Notes: generated from the sequence alone by a model not told the origin. Shown: positions 24,462 through 38,000, counted from the first letter of the stretch. The stretch: DNA of 64,000 nt from Patellaria atrata CBS 101060 (GCA_010093705.1 MU006100.1:284745-348744), one strand, 5' to 3'. Made by a program: numbers and translations.

Positions 24462-26030
24462 TCGTCTGGGGGGCGCCGGGAAGTCAAGATCGAGTAATGG
24501 GAAATTGAGTGTTCCACCCCCTGGGTAGGGCAAACAAGCCGCAAAGGACTACACGGCGTGGGAGTGGTGTAGGATGTTAGATATGCGAAGGCTATTCCCT
24601 GTACCACGAAATACATTATTAAACGTTGAGACCTGAGCAGTGCCAAGTCCCGTGAATAATCCTTGATATTCAACACATTATGAACCTTAAACATAGAACA
24701 AACATGTCGTCCTCTCATCGACTGATACAGCTTTTTTTACGCATTAGACGACCCAGTATGACTCAACCCCACAATGGCTCCAACCAGTCGCTCTACACTT
24801 TTTTTTTCTTTTTTGGAAAGAAATATCCCCGCCCGTATGGTAATCTAGATGTCTGACGCACCTGAACACACGAACTCAGGACTACGCAAAGAGCCCGCTT
24901 GCCTCCCGTGGTAGAACCTCCACTTCCTCTCTATCACGCCCGAAGATCATTAACATATTAGTTCGATAGAACCCACGGTCCTCGCATCCAATCCTCGAAA
25001 AATCAGCAAAGAAAGTGCTCAATCCAGCCGTATTGGTCAGGTGAATGTCGTCTAATGAATCAAATCGCTACTGCGGTTTAAAAGAAGCCAGGGGGTATAT
25101 ACTCGCGTAAGACGAGGGCTTACTCAATTATCCTGAGTATATTTGTCGTGAAGGGTCAAGCATCGTCAGCTTGATTATTGATCACAGCCACCGACCTGAG
25201 CTGGTCCAGCGAGGACTTGTGAGCCAAATTCAGCGCTGATCCTCATGAAATACTATCCAATCTTGTTACAAAGAAAGCAAAATAACAATATTATCATAAA
25301 GTTTTGGACTCGCGGTCCCGACGCTGAATGGGTTCGTATCGCATGCTCAGTGATATGATAGCCCGTAGAGCACTTCTCAACGGTGGATGGACTGATGCGC
25401 CAGATTGTGTGAAATTGTGTGGTTCTTGCTTGAATAGTATCTCGTCCATGGGTTTTGGTCAGGGATCGTAATGCTCGAATCTCTTTATGCTGTGTTTGAG
25501 CGTTGTAGCTGTACTAGAAACAGCACAAGGGATAGTGACATGCATCCTCCATTTATTTGTAACTCCAAGAACTCTTATAATCGATGGTCTGTATTCACCG
25601 ATAGGTGCCTAACCACGGTATAATAAGTAAAATCTGTTGCCGGACGTCTACGCCTTCTCACTGATGGTGGATAACCAAAGGGGAAGAGTGTTGATCAACG
25701 CCATTTGTAGCCGTATGAGTTGATAGCGTGAAAATACAGATCCGGAAAAGCTGATGTAGCTTAACGTGTTATATCCGAGCGCCACAACTACATACGTAAA
25801 TTGTCTGCGAGGGAGGAAACATGTAATTCAAGACTTGACTTTCAACAAGAGAGGTTGCTGCTGATAGTAACACATTATGAGTCCCACCACCCTGGCAATA
25901 AGCTCAAAGCCCTGGCCATAAGGTCGTTGTAGGAGATTTGTGTGTGAGTGCTGCATCGGGGTGGAACCCTCATGTTTCATATCCAACGGAGATTCAACAC
26001 TAAGAGGGAAGAGAAAGGGTTGATCCAACC

Positions 26031-28142
26031 TCAGCTAATTAATTGGGGAGAGGATACACCTTGCTGATACGCCGATGCAAAGTCCATTTGACTCAGCTGT
26101 CCATTTACGTGATCGATCTCCTTGTTCAAGTCCTCTAGGTTCTGTGATAATGAGCTTACTTCGTCAAACTTCCGGCGTTTGTTGGCGTCCGCGACCATCT
26201 CTGACACGAAGAATTTCTGTTCCTCCAGAACGATCAACCGTTCGCGCAATTCCTTCTCCTCTGCTTCCATTGCTGAAATGCTACTGCTGCTTACGACACT
26301 TCTGGACTCAGCATCATTGAATTTAATAGCGGCGAGAGCGCCTTGAGGACGGCCGTTGGAAGTCACTTTCCCGGGATTTGCACCATATGGTGTGGCATGT
26401 TTTAGGATTTTTGGGAGCGCTTTCAGCCGTAGCATGTGTAAGCTTAGGAAGTTATAGGCCTGCTGATATACAAGTTTTTGCAATTTCTGTTGCACAGGTG
26501 AGTTTGTTGGTAGATCGCGAATCCTTCGAGCCAAGGTATCATATTGAGAGAAAGCATCCATTAGATGCCTACGAACCGCAGCAGCTTCAGTCAGCTGAGC
26601 AGGAGTGGGAGGTCTCTCGGGATCCCTATCATAATTTAGTGTAATGAAATCGTTTAATATGTTAAGGGACTAACTGCAGGGTTTCAAGCAGCTTCTGAAA
26701 CTTGGGTTGAAGGAGTTGAATGCCTCTCTTATATTGAACAAGGTTTTCATATGCTCGTTGATCGGCAGGCCGATATGAAAGCTCCCGCACAAAGTCGCTT
26801 CGACTGAACAACGTATGCTTGCAAGTTTTGCAAACTCTTACGTCGACATTCACCTGCTCCTTGTTCTTCTCTGATTTCTGACTACCTGCTAATGCGCGTC
26901 AACTCGAGTAATCTGGGGGGACGCTTTAAGGGGTAAATGCGACCTACCTTTATTTACAGTCAACCCAACCTCTGTGGAGCAGCCCGTTTTAGGATCACCG
27001 CACACAACTCGACCACACATCCGGCAGTGGTGGCGTCGAAATGTATAACTGGTAAACTCCTGTTGACAAAAAGGGCAGATATTGACCTTAGCATCTTCTT
27101 CCCATATAACCACTGTCTGCTCCAATTGCCGCTGTTGAGTTTTTGCATTCGACAATGGCCAAAGGAGACTACCACCCCCTTGATCTGATGGAGGATTCGC
27201 TAAAAGTTGCGTTAATTTGGTCAATCGCTTTTCTAATCGATTAACTTCAAGGTGTGCTTTATCCACGATCTGTTGCCGAATCTTAACAAAGTCTTTCGTG
27301 TGATCACGCTCAAAGCCTGACGTACGTTAGTAACTACCAGGGGTTTGGGACTCAGATGACGCACCGCTATGGTCGTTATATCCTTTTCTTGACTTGTAGC
27401 ATGTCTCACAAACTCGAGCCCAGGTGCCCCTAACAGGTTCATGCTGAGCCGAACGGGATAGTTTCATTTGATACATAGTATGTTCGTCACAGAACAGTTT
27501 TCCACAACTCCTGCAATTAACACTTCCATTTGCACTTCCCAGGCGTTTTTCACATACAGGATCTGAGCAAGGATCACGGGGACCGGGTCTTTGCCAATGT
27601 TGTCGTGTGATGAGTTCCTCTAGATCTATCTTTGGAGGCTCTGGAGTGGAATGACCACTAGCCGGTGCTGCAACGGGTGCAGGAGCTTCATTGGATTCGA
27701 ATACATCAAGTCCCTTCAGTTTCTGGTTCAGAACAGCTAGTGGTTGGAACTTCTTTGCCTTAACCATTTGAGTCTTGAACCAAGTCTTGACCTCGTCTTG
27801 CTCCACCTCTTCTAAATTTTGATGTACATCGTCAAGATGTCTGTTCAGTTGTAGTAGGGTCATCATCTCTTCATTGCATATCGGGCAAACCATCCTTGAG
27901 CTTGCAGATGCCGCCGCATTGTTGCTCGCTTCAAGGGAGACGCGGGAGGCTATATCTTGGGTTTCGGCTGTGGACGCGGGGGACACAGAGATTTGCGAAT
28001 TCAAGCTTACGGAGCTCTCAGACGGTGATAGAAGGCTAGTATTTCGAGAATGGTGAGGGCGTGGAGACGCTACTACCGCAGGAGATAGTGACCTGCCACT
28101 GCCTAATACCCTCCCTCCACCGAGGGACCGACGAGAAGTCAT
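26031..28142 (-). CDS. PEP7: Vacuolar segregation protein Pep7/Vac1 (rabenosyn-like; C2H2 plus two FYVE-type fingers)
   Basis: CPICNEEMMTLLQLNRHLDDVH; NCRSCGKLFC...RVCETC; WEEDAKVNICPFCQQEFTSYTFRRHHCRMCGRVVC; C-terminal rabenosyn-type Rab-binding coil (RRKFDEVSSLSQNL). At least 3 introns. Confidence 0.92.
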
Positions 28143-28827
28143 GTTGGAAGGTTATGGGCGTGGATGTACGGCTGTTGAACCATTATTACAGAAGGTTGTT
28201 TGCATGTAGATTTAGGAAGGTCCATGTAAGCTCATGTTTGCCTCTGACAAGCACTGCCCGACTGTGCTGCAGTCAAATGGGACGGGAGGGCGGCGGATCT
28301 TCAAGATGCAGGATGAAGCGGTGCCAAGACATCGTTCAAGCTGAAATGAACACTACATCGGACGAGAGCACTCAAGAACAACACAATACTTAAGTTTGCT
28401 TTATCAAAGTGCTAGCGAATTATTTCTTGTCCTCTTTTCTATCACACTCTCAATTAGGTAGCATGCATTTGGCCCTTCTTGCAAGTTGTTTTCGTCTAGA
28501 AACGGAATAGCATCAATTCAATCTGAGCTAGGTTGCTCGCCGCTTCTGACAAGCTCTATATCCGTTAATAGTACTTTGTTAATCAGCATAAACCGTTACA
28601 CGCGTCAAAGCATAGTATAGTCCTATTATTTCACTAGGATTCTCTTTGACAGGTACCTGAAGATGTTGGTTTCAACAAAAAAAAAAGCGCTGCCAAGCCA
28701 TAGAATACGATGACGATCATTTTCCCTCGCAGGCTTCACATGTTTTCTTCTTCTTATCTCCGTGGAGCCCTTTGAACAGAACCCAGATGTAACAACAAAT
28801 TCATCTCTCACATACCTCTTCTTCACG

Positions 28828-29676
28828 ATGAAGGGACCCTTTCCCGAAGTACAAGGCGGCGGCTCCCTTATACTTGCATGGCAAGTTCGTAACAAAAGGG
28901 TTCTCGTCGTAGGTGGCGGCGAAGTGAGCATTTCTAATACATGTTTGCATCACGCGATATTTACATTAACAAGTGTATTAGGTAGCCGCAGGTCGGATCC
29001 TCAATGTCCTCAACGCCGATGCGAAAGTAACCGTTGTTTCGCCCCGAGAAGGTCTGAACGACGAAGTAGCATATCGTGTCGAGCAGAACCAAGTCGACTA
29101 TGTGGATCGCAAGTTCGAGCCCTCTGACCTAAACGGCGTAGATATGGTTCTTACCGCCGTTGATGATCCTGAAGCATCCACGCAGATATACAAGCTCTGT
29201 AAAGAGCGGAGGATAGCTGCCAATATCGCAGATGTACCTCCAGAGTGTGACTTCTACTTCGGGAGTGTACATAGGGATGGCCCATTGCAAATAATGGTCA
29301 GCACGAACGGAAACGGTCCAAAGCTGGCGAATATTGTGAGAAGGCAGATAGCTGCAAATCTTCCCAAGAATATTGGCGCTGCTATAACTAAAGTGGGCAC
29401 TTTGCGTAGGAAGCTGCGGAAGGTTGCTCCTACGCAAGAAGAAGGCCCAAAGAGAATGCAATGGTAAGTAAGGGTTTACCTGGCAGTATGTATATCACTA
29501 ATTGTCTTAGGATGTCGAAAGTATGTGAGTCTTGGAGCTTAGAAGAACTGTGCGATATGGATGAGGAGGATATGGAGAGGTTACTAGGTTTCTATAAGCC
29601 AGGTATTGTACCAGCCTTTGAGGAAATTCGATTGGGCCAAAATCAACCGTTTGACGGCGCATTTGGCTGGTGGTAA
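28828..29676 (+). CDS. MET8: Siroheme biosynthesis protein (precorrin-2 dehydrogenase/ferrochelatase)
   Basis: GGSLILAWQVRNKRVLVVGGGE|VAAGR; ANIADVPPECDFYFGS; LQIMVSTNGNGPKLA; KRMQW|MSKVCESWSLEEL. Two introns. Confidence 0.95.
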
Positions 29677-29934
29677 GTATGCGTAAAGCGATACTCGTAC
29701 AAAGTACCTACCTTACGGAAAGGGCGTCTGGGTACGGAAGATTTTGTATACTTTGTCGATATATCCATAAGTGAATAGAAACAACAATTAACATTATAGT
29801 CATGATAGACAAGATATTTTTAGAAATCACAAATTACAACTCCGATATTTCACCATAACCATAGGTAACTATCCAATTTTGCTGAGCTTGGACCAACTTG
29901 ATTCAGACCTTCAACCCCAAACCTCACCTCAGTC

Positions 29935-31617
29935 ATGGCATCTTCGAAGTCATTATCCAAAGTTGTATCCTACGATGAAGACGTAGACTTCGAATCACTC
30001 GCTCTTCAAGACGCAGATTTCAACAAAATATATACGCAAAATAAAGGCAAAATCGACTTCCAGGATCCAACAGCATTGCAGTAAGACCCCCATCCACCAA
30101 AATTAGCTGGTAAATATACTTACAATCTCGCAGACAGTTGACCAAGAGCTTACTGAAGAGGGATTTTGACATCAAGCTTGAACTTCCAGACGATCGATTA
30201 TGTCCTCCCGTAAGTAATCCCCCGCAAATGACCATAGTTGATGGAACTGATTGATATTCTAGGTTCCTGTGCGGTACGTATGTTTTATCTCTACCCATTA
30301 TACTAAATTTTTCATTCGTCCATCTAGTACACAACTATGAAGAAACTCATTTCATCTCTTCCTACCTTATATTGTCGTTCAGAAAAATCTTAATCCTCAT
30401 CCTAACCTTTGCAACACAGTTATAACTATGTCCGCTGGGTTCAAACACTCCTCGACACGACGAGTGATTCCTATACGGACGAATACAACCCATCCCGCCA
30501 AGTCATCGGAATCGATATGTATGCCACATAATAAAGCCCAGACCACCATGATACTAAACCTTAACAGAGGCGTTGGAGCATCATGCATATATCCCCTCCT
30601 AGCTTGCTCCACACGCCCTCAATGGCGTATAGGCGGCACAGAGATCGACCCCAAGTCCCTCTCCTCCGCAAAAGCAAACATAGCCCTCAACAACTTCCAA
30701 CCCCGTATCCGACTACTACAAACCACATCCTCGGACTCGCTAATTCCTCTGGACGAGCTCGGGATCCAGCACGCAGATTTCACCATGTGCAACCCGCCGT
30801 TCTTCGCCTCGAAGGCCGAAATGGACGCGAGTTACGCGGGCGAGGGGAAGCGCAAGAAACCGAGCGCCGTATGTACCGGTGCGGAGATCGAGATGGTGTG
30901 TGGGGGCGGAGACGCGGGGTTTGTGTGTAGGATGATGGAGGAGAGTAAGGGCTTGAAGGATAGGGTACAGTGGTTTACGAGCATGCTTGGTAAACTCTCT
31001 AGTCTTGGTGTTGTAGTTACGAGGCTGAAGGAGGCGGGTGTCGCGAATTGGGCGGTTGCTACTCTACGAGCGGGGAATAAGACGAGGAGGTGGGCTGTTG
31101 CGTGGAGTTGGGGAAAAATGAGACCGCTGAATGTAAGTATGGATCTTAGATTTGGAGATGAGGGGATTTGTGTAGATGGGCACTGATATTGTGGCAGGAT
31201 GTGGCACGTAGCCATGAGATATCGAGCAAAGAACTGCTCCCTTTCCCTACTCACTTTAGCATACCTACGCCAGGGAAGGATACTATCCTGATGGCTGCAA
31301 CGGTCAACCAGACACTGTCTTCTCTAGATCTCCAATGGATATGGAAAGAGAGCAAGATGGCCGGTGTAGCCCTAGCAGAGGAGAACGTATGGTCACGTTC
31401 TGCTCGCAGGAAAAGGAAGAAGCAAGAACTTATAAAATTCCCGTCAGAGGACAATATGGATAGCGACGAAGAAGAAGACGATTCCCCATTAGGCGTAAAG
31501 ATCACCGTGTTGAAGGATGAGGTATGCCTACGTTGGCTCAGAGGAAACGAGAGTGTTTTGTTCGAGAGCTTCTGTGGTATGCTGAAGCGTGCATTGGATA
31601 ACTCGAAGGTTGGATGA
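29935..31617 (+). CDS. METTL16/RlmF-family (DUF890) RNA N6-adenosine methyltransferase, probably the U6 snRNA m6A enzyme
   Basis: IDFQDPTALQ|QLTKSLLKRDF...DDRLCPP|VPVR|YNYVRW; GID|IGVGASCIYPLL; GTEID; catalytic FTMCNPPFF; WFTSMLGK; TRRWAVAWSW. Six exons. Confidence 0.92.
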
Positions 31618-32313
31618 GAGATGGTTACTTTTCAGTATCTAATAGCTATAGATGGAACTTAGAAGCTTGTAAGAAAGACTTCGAGTCATATTCCCCACAG
31701 GATCATTAGTTTCTTGCTACATTCATGAGTCTCTGCATTTTTGAAATGTGCTCAATAGAGCTATACGGCTGTATAATCCCACACAAGCCCTCTACCGAAC
31801 GAGCTCCATAATATCCCGTATCCAATTCTCACCACCAGCTCTACAACACCAACCATGTTCCTCTCTACATACAAACCCAATAATCCAGCTCAAACCCCCT
31901 CAAACCAAGCTTACAATCCTCAGCCGTCCTTCCATCCCTGAGAGAAAAATTCATTATGACTAAACCATCCATCCAATAGGAATCCAGAAGCAGACAATTC
32001 GGAAACTAAACGGAGAATTTCGACCAATCAGAATGTTCTAGGAGACTATAAGAACCGTCCAATGCTAACGAAGTTTGCAGCTCCCAATGTGGGGGATTTC
32101 CAAGGTAGTAGCTATAGCTGTACTGTAGCTACATGCAAGACCATCAGGGTAGGATGCTACCTGTGTCTAGCAGTTGTTGTGAGGGGTATAAATAAGGACA
32201 TAATCTCCTGCACAAATACGTCCATCTCCTCTCAAAGTTAAGAGAATTCTCACGTTATCATATCTCTAAAAGTACCTCTAGTCCCACAGTTCTACACCAA
32301 CCCAACCGCAACA

Positions 32314-33223
32314 ATGCCCATCACCCCAGAAGAAATGAAAGCGATGTTCGAAGAGCTCGCAGACAACTACGACAAAGAAAGCGGCGGCATCTGCGCCGAC
32401 GTCGCCAAACAATTCCTCCCCCTCCTCCCTCCCATCACGAGCTCCTCCGTGGTCCACGACAACGCGTGCGGCACGGGCGGCGTGACGGAAGTGATCCTCA
32501 ACTCTCAAGACTGGAAGGGCGAGCTCCCGAGGATCTACGGAACAGATATCGCGGAGGGGATGCTGAAGCAGTTTGATGCGAAGATCGAGAAGAACGGGTG
32601 GGGGGAGAGGGTTACGACGCAGGCTATGGAAGGGAGGTGAGTTGACACTCTCTACCTTATAATTAACCCTGAGCTGCCATCCTGGGAAGAGCCTGCTTAC
32701 TGACCGAGGATACAGTGACCTTTCCGCCCTTCCTGACTCGACCTTCACCCATAGCATCTGCAACATGGGCTACTTCGCCTTCAAAGACGGGATCGCCGGC
32801 GCAAAGCACATGTACCGCACCCTCGCTCCCGGCGGTGTGCTCGTCGTAACCGGTTGGAGCAAGCCGAGGACGGTCGAACTCGCGCATCTGACTCAAAAGG
32901 TGGTCAGACCCGATGAGCCGGTGTGTTGGCCTCTCTCGGAGGACTGGAAGAATCCGAAGAAAGGCATGGGTGCGCTTGCCGAGGGTGGTTTCAAAGAGGA
33001 TAACATGGAGGTTAAGTATTTTACTGCGACCGGTGACGTTGGTAGCGGTGAGACGATAATCGGTGCTATGACGCATGGTTTTGGGAGAATGTTTAGGCAG
33101 GGGTATAGTGAGGAGGAGACGGAGAGGTGGAGGGAGGCAATGCGGGGTTTTCTTACGGATGAGGAAAAGAATGGGACATTGAAGATGGAGGCATTCGCAA
33201 TTATAGTGAAGAAGCCGGAATAA
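32314..33223 (+). CDS. Class I SAM-dependent methyltransferase, substrate unknown
   Basis: Motif I VHDNACGTG, GTDIAEGML, FTHS, YRTLAPGGVLVVTGW; one intron near 32637-32715; TATAAATA at ~32187. Confidence 0.9.
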
Positions 33224-33530
33224 GAAAGGCTAGAAGTAGTTAAAAAGGGAAGGATAGTTGAATTCTCCACAGGAGAGATCTTAATAGCTTTGTAATGACA
33301 CATGTTCGTTTCCTCTACCAGAAAAGAGTGACTTGAATAGATTGAACAAGACGAATAGAAATCTAACATTATGACTGACTGAAAAGAGAGACACTACAAG
33401 GGTGAAAAATGTTCTCGAAGAGTGGAGCAAAAAGTGAAATGGATCGGATTAAAGAGCAGACCTGTAGTAGTAGTTTTAGCGCGTCTTTGATATCAAGTGG
33501 TTTGATTTTAATCACTCCTTGTTATTGATT

Positions 33531-34328
33531 TCATTCCGCATCTTTTCCTCTACCAATAACTACATCTTTGTAAGTCTTGTTGTCCTCAACTGAGGCATCT
33601 CCTACATCTTTCCGGAGGTGCTGGCCATAGTCCTTCCAGAGATTGGTGACGGAATCTCCAAACAGATACGTCCAAAATTCCTCCTCTTCATATTTCCTAT
33701 CCCGGAGCCGTTCATTTACAGCCATCACACTGCCTTCACCAAACCTTTGCTCTAGGTACTCCAGAAAATATCCTGTATGCTGATAACCTGCATCCCAGTC
33801 TCCATCCGCCTCTTTTCTCCAATGAGGAGGTACCATATCACTTTTCAGACGTACCCAATCCGCAATACCCTCAATAAGACCACCTGGAGCTGTACTGACT
33901 CCGTTCCACTGCCAGCAGTGTACCATCTCGTGTCTTATTACTCCTAGCATCTCCGATCGTTGTCGTTCTTTGGAAATCTGAGCGACGTAGTCCGTGGAAA
34001 AATGGATTTCTTTATGGTCTTGATCGATATCCTTCCCGGTGGTGTATGCTACACCGCTCATTGACCGCAAAACTAACGTGACTGAGCGTGTAGGCGGGAT
34101 GACAGAGTGTGGAGAGTAGAGAAGATGTAGCACACCTCCAACCGCTTCTTCCAGTACAGTGCTCACATCGATCTTTGAGAGAAACACGCGCGAACCTGCG
34201 TGAGACAAATCGCGGAGCTCGAGTCGAAGTAGTGGTTTCGGGAACTTGGGATGTCGTTTCTTCGGAGTTCCACTTGCCGATGCCGGAGATATTCCTTGCT
34301 GGAAGTAAAGAGGAGTTGCAGGCGGCAT
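33531..34328 (-). CDS. BSP (basic secretory protein / peptidase of plants and bacteria) family protein, putative zinc metallopeptidase
   Basis: Intronless 265-aa ORF: GVAYTTG, KEIHFS, GVIRHEMVHCWQWNG (HEXXH), PGGLIEGIADWVRL, WDAGYQHTGYFLEYLE. Confidence 0.9.
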   Translation of the reverse strand: MPPATPLYFQQGISPASASGTPKKRHPKFPKPLLRLELRDLSHAGSRVFLSKIDVSTVLEEAVGGVLHLLYSPHSVIPPTRSVTLVLRSMSGVAYTTGKDIDQDHKEIHFSTDYVAQISKERQRSEMLGVIRHEMVHCWQWNGVSTAPGGLIEGIADWVRLKSDMVPPHWRKEADGDWDAGYQHTGYFLEYLEQRFGEGSVMAVNERLRDRKYEEEEFWTYLFGDSVTNLWKDYGQHLRKDVGDASVEDNKTYKDVVIGRGKDAE

Positions 34329-35043
34329 GATATATTATCGACTTGAATGAGAGACTGGAGTATTTGTATGATACGATTGTCTAGATGTTTGGAAGTGTTC
34401 CGTTCCCTACAGTGAAGATGGTGGGGTTAGCTACTAGCAGATTGTTCCTACCTTACCTCTCGCATATCAGTTCAGACGTTAATAGCTTCTTCTACATCTT
34501 AATGAGTTAGTCGAAGAGAATACTCCATAAATCAAAGTATCAGTCTTAGAAGACAACGAATTAATAGTAAGGCAAGGTGTAATATTGAGACATCCTGTGC
34601 CAGTAGTCAGACGGTGAGAGTTCAGACGGGAGACAGTGCAGTGCATCCGTGCTGTTGCCGAACGTCATGAGTACAGCTCGTTCGAAAGACACCGTCTACA
34701 ATTGGTTTATGCTGTCATAAATACCAAAGCTCTAACATAGTTATTCCTATGCGAAAAGGTAGTGTATTGTACACACAATCCGTGAAAGAATTATAGAGCT
34801 TTGGAGCTTCGTGAGCTCTTTAAAGCTGTCGGACGAAGCTACTCGGCTAGCGGTGCCGTAGTTCGACGCGGGTGTTTCCTGAGCGCCAAAGCGTCGCGAA
34901 CTCTTTGTTGTGGTCTCCCTTGTCCCCTGTACCTGTAGTCTAAAGTACAATGACAAAACCGACCTTCCTCCCCTCCGTCACTCGACCATAAGTCACTAAA
35001 TTTCTCTCCTACTCTTCCTACACTCCTAAACTCGATCGCAGCT

Positions 35044-38000
35044 ATGGAGGATCAAGCGGCGAATCTCCTAGCTCTCCTTAAGAAACAATCAGTTGCCGTT
35101 GATGTCAAGATAAAAGAATTCAATAGCCTCAAATCCAGCATCAAACATCTCCGAGTGCCTGAAGCTGCTCAGGCAACAATATTCGAATGTATCAAAATCG
35201 GGATTACATCCCAGGTTTCCTCCTCCTTGGTAGCTTGTGGACTCTCCAGTCTCGGACACCTCATAAAGCGTCTTCAGCTTCAAGAACAATCCTCAGTCAT
35301 CGTAGCACAAGGCAATAAACTACTCCCTATGCTACTCGACCGTTTAGGCGATGCACGCGAAAGTCACCGTGTTGCGGCCATGCAGTCCCTCTGCGAGCTC
35401 TGGACGTACTTACATGACCCTGTGGAGCGCGCAATACGGGATGATGCCATGCTTGGGAGCAATGTGCGCGCAAAAGAGATGGCCATGCAATGGATCGTCA
35501 AGGTAAATTCTACATGTAGTTCAAGAAAACGTGCAGAGATGCTAACTTGATTACAGATGAGTAAAGAGGAGGGCCTGCAGTTCAAAAGCTTTGTCCCGTA
35601 TATAGTGGCTTGCCTTGAGGATGCCGATGGTGGTGTCCGAGATTATGCTAAACATACAGTGGTGGAGCTTTTCAGGTACGGATTCTTAAGTTAATAGAGA
35701 GACGGCAATCATACTAACAATATCTACTTGAAGGACTGCACCCGAGCACGCTAAAACAGATCTCAAAAAGCAAATGAAGATGCATAACGTGAGGAGTTCA
35801 ATTTCGAACTACATCCTTTCTCAGCTTGGAGTTCCAGGCGCGGAGGTAGATATGAAGGCTTCCGCAATGTCAGCATCGATTGTATCTTCCGACCTGCAGC
35901 CAGATGCCGGATTTGCCGATAGTTTGCGCTCAGAAGACTCGTCGTCTCTCCAGGAATCAGCACAGATGGATCCGCTCTATGTTCACACTGAAAGGGAATT
36001 AAATGAAACTTTTCGTAATATGCAACCTTGCTTTGAAGGTAAAGAGACGGAAGGGAACTGGATGGCAAGAGATAAGAATACCACTAAGATAAGGCGACTT
36101 ATAAAGGGCAATGCACCATCAGACTTCCATTCTGCCTTTGTAGCAGGTGTAAGGACTATGTTGGACGGCATACTGAAGGTTGCAAACTCACTTCGAACTA
36201 CGATGTCGACTAATGGATGTCACCTAATACAAGACCTTGCAAGGGCTCTAGGGCCTGCAATAGACCCTATGACGGAAATCCTTTTGCAAAGCTTCATTAA
36301 GATGTGTGCTGCTACGAAGAATATTGCCGCACAGAATGGCAACGTCACAATGGATGTTATCATCTCAAATGTATCATACAATAACCGCTTAATGCAACAC
36401 ATATGGGCCGCTTGCCAGGATAAGAACGTACAACCTCGACAGTTCGCCTCAGGATGGTTGAAAACACTGATCAAGAAACATGCTTCACACAGATCCCAGA
36501 TAGAACATTCTGGAGGCCTAGATCTGATTGATAAATCAATTAGGAAAGGTCTTGCAGATGCGAATCCAAAGGTTAGGGAGGGTATGAGAGGAACATATTG
36601 GGCATTTTCACTGATGTGGCCAGAAAGGGCTGAAGCGTAAGTTTAAGTTACTTCCTAACAATTTCTACATGCTAAAACAGAGTCAGGATCATGGAAAACC
36701 TAGACGCAAAATCAAGAGGGTTGCTCGAGAAAGATCCTGGTAATCCTAACGCTCCTTCGTCAATGGCTTCTTCTTTCTCGAATAGTGTTGGGGCGACGAA
36801 AAAGACCATTACGTCAAAAACCTCGACACGAACAGCACTACAGGAACAGATTGCGGCTCAAAGACGAGCAGCAGCAGCAGCTGGACGCAAATTACCGGAC
36901 CGACCCAACTCAGCTCAATCAGCCTTTTCTCCTGTGAAACAATCGTCTGCTTCTGTAACTAACCGGGCACCCTCAGCAATGTCAGCTTCGCGGCCTAATG
37001 TGACATCGACGTCTTCAACTTCTGCGATAGGTCGATCCGCTTTGGGAGCTTCCTCAAGCTCTGTGGCTGGGCCTTCGAGTTCTCTCATGTCTGCGCCAGT
37101 TAGGAGACCACGCAGACCCGAGTTGGCACGTCCAGCCACTGCAGATCCATATGCAAGCAGAAAACCTGCTAAGAACGTCACTCCTTCGATGAGTCCTGTT
37201 AACAGCCCTTCAAAAGGTACGATCAAGAAATCAGTTATTAAGGACACTACCCGGAAACCCACAATCACACAGATTCCTCATAGCCCGACGACCAGTCCAA
37301 GGCGTGCCAAATCAAGAGCAGATCTTACATCCCATCGGAAAACCCCAAGTGACGGACAAGGTATTGTCCGCAGCCCATCGATAAGCCCGTCCAAAGCAGA
37401 GGACCTAACCATAGTGATGCCTATCCGTCAGCAAGGCGGCCTTCAGGATACAACTAACATCCCCCCTCGGCAGAGGCCTGCTGTCGAGAAGAATGAACCT
37501 TTGGATAACGCCCCGACAGCAGATGATGAAGGATTCACTATGGTTCTACCATCCGTAAAATTACCAAAACCGGTTGAAGATTTCACGTCTCCGAGGGGGA
37601 GCCCCCCAAAGCAATTAACCCCTCGGCGAGAGACTCCTCGACGAGAACTTGGTCCTCAGGAGCATGCTGAGAACCCGAACCCATTCACTGTAAAGCTACT
37701 CAGTAAAAACCGCAGCCCAATGCCAAAATCCCCCATCCGTCAGGAACAACAAGCTTCAGATGATGAAGTAAAGGTGTATGAAGATCCATTCGTTGCGAAT
37801 GAAGAACCACCTGCACCTGGAGAGCGAGATGAAAAGACTGTTCTTGAGGAATTGCCCATTAACGAACGGAGTCCTATCCGACGACGGAGCTTTACCGCAG
37901 AGAGCCACACCCTTCAAATGGAAGAGGACGCCGTTCCGCAGGATGAGGAGGCTCACCGAAGCCCTCATAAGATTAACAATGGCAATGAAGTCACGCAAGA

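Noticed and set aside
24063..24718. Minus-strand 156-aa and 146-aa ORFs
   Set aside because: Antisense shadows of the 7TM gene's last exon and 3' region.
28828..33223. METTL16 target nonamer TACAGAGAA near the MET8/METTL16-like genes
   Set aside because: Not seen by eye; only partial TACAGAG matches elsewhere without the hairpin context.
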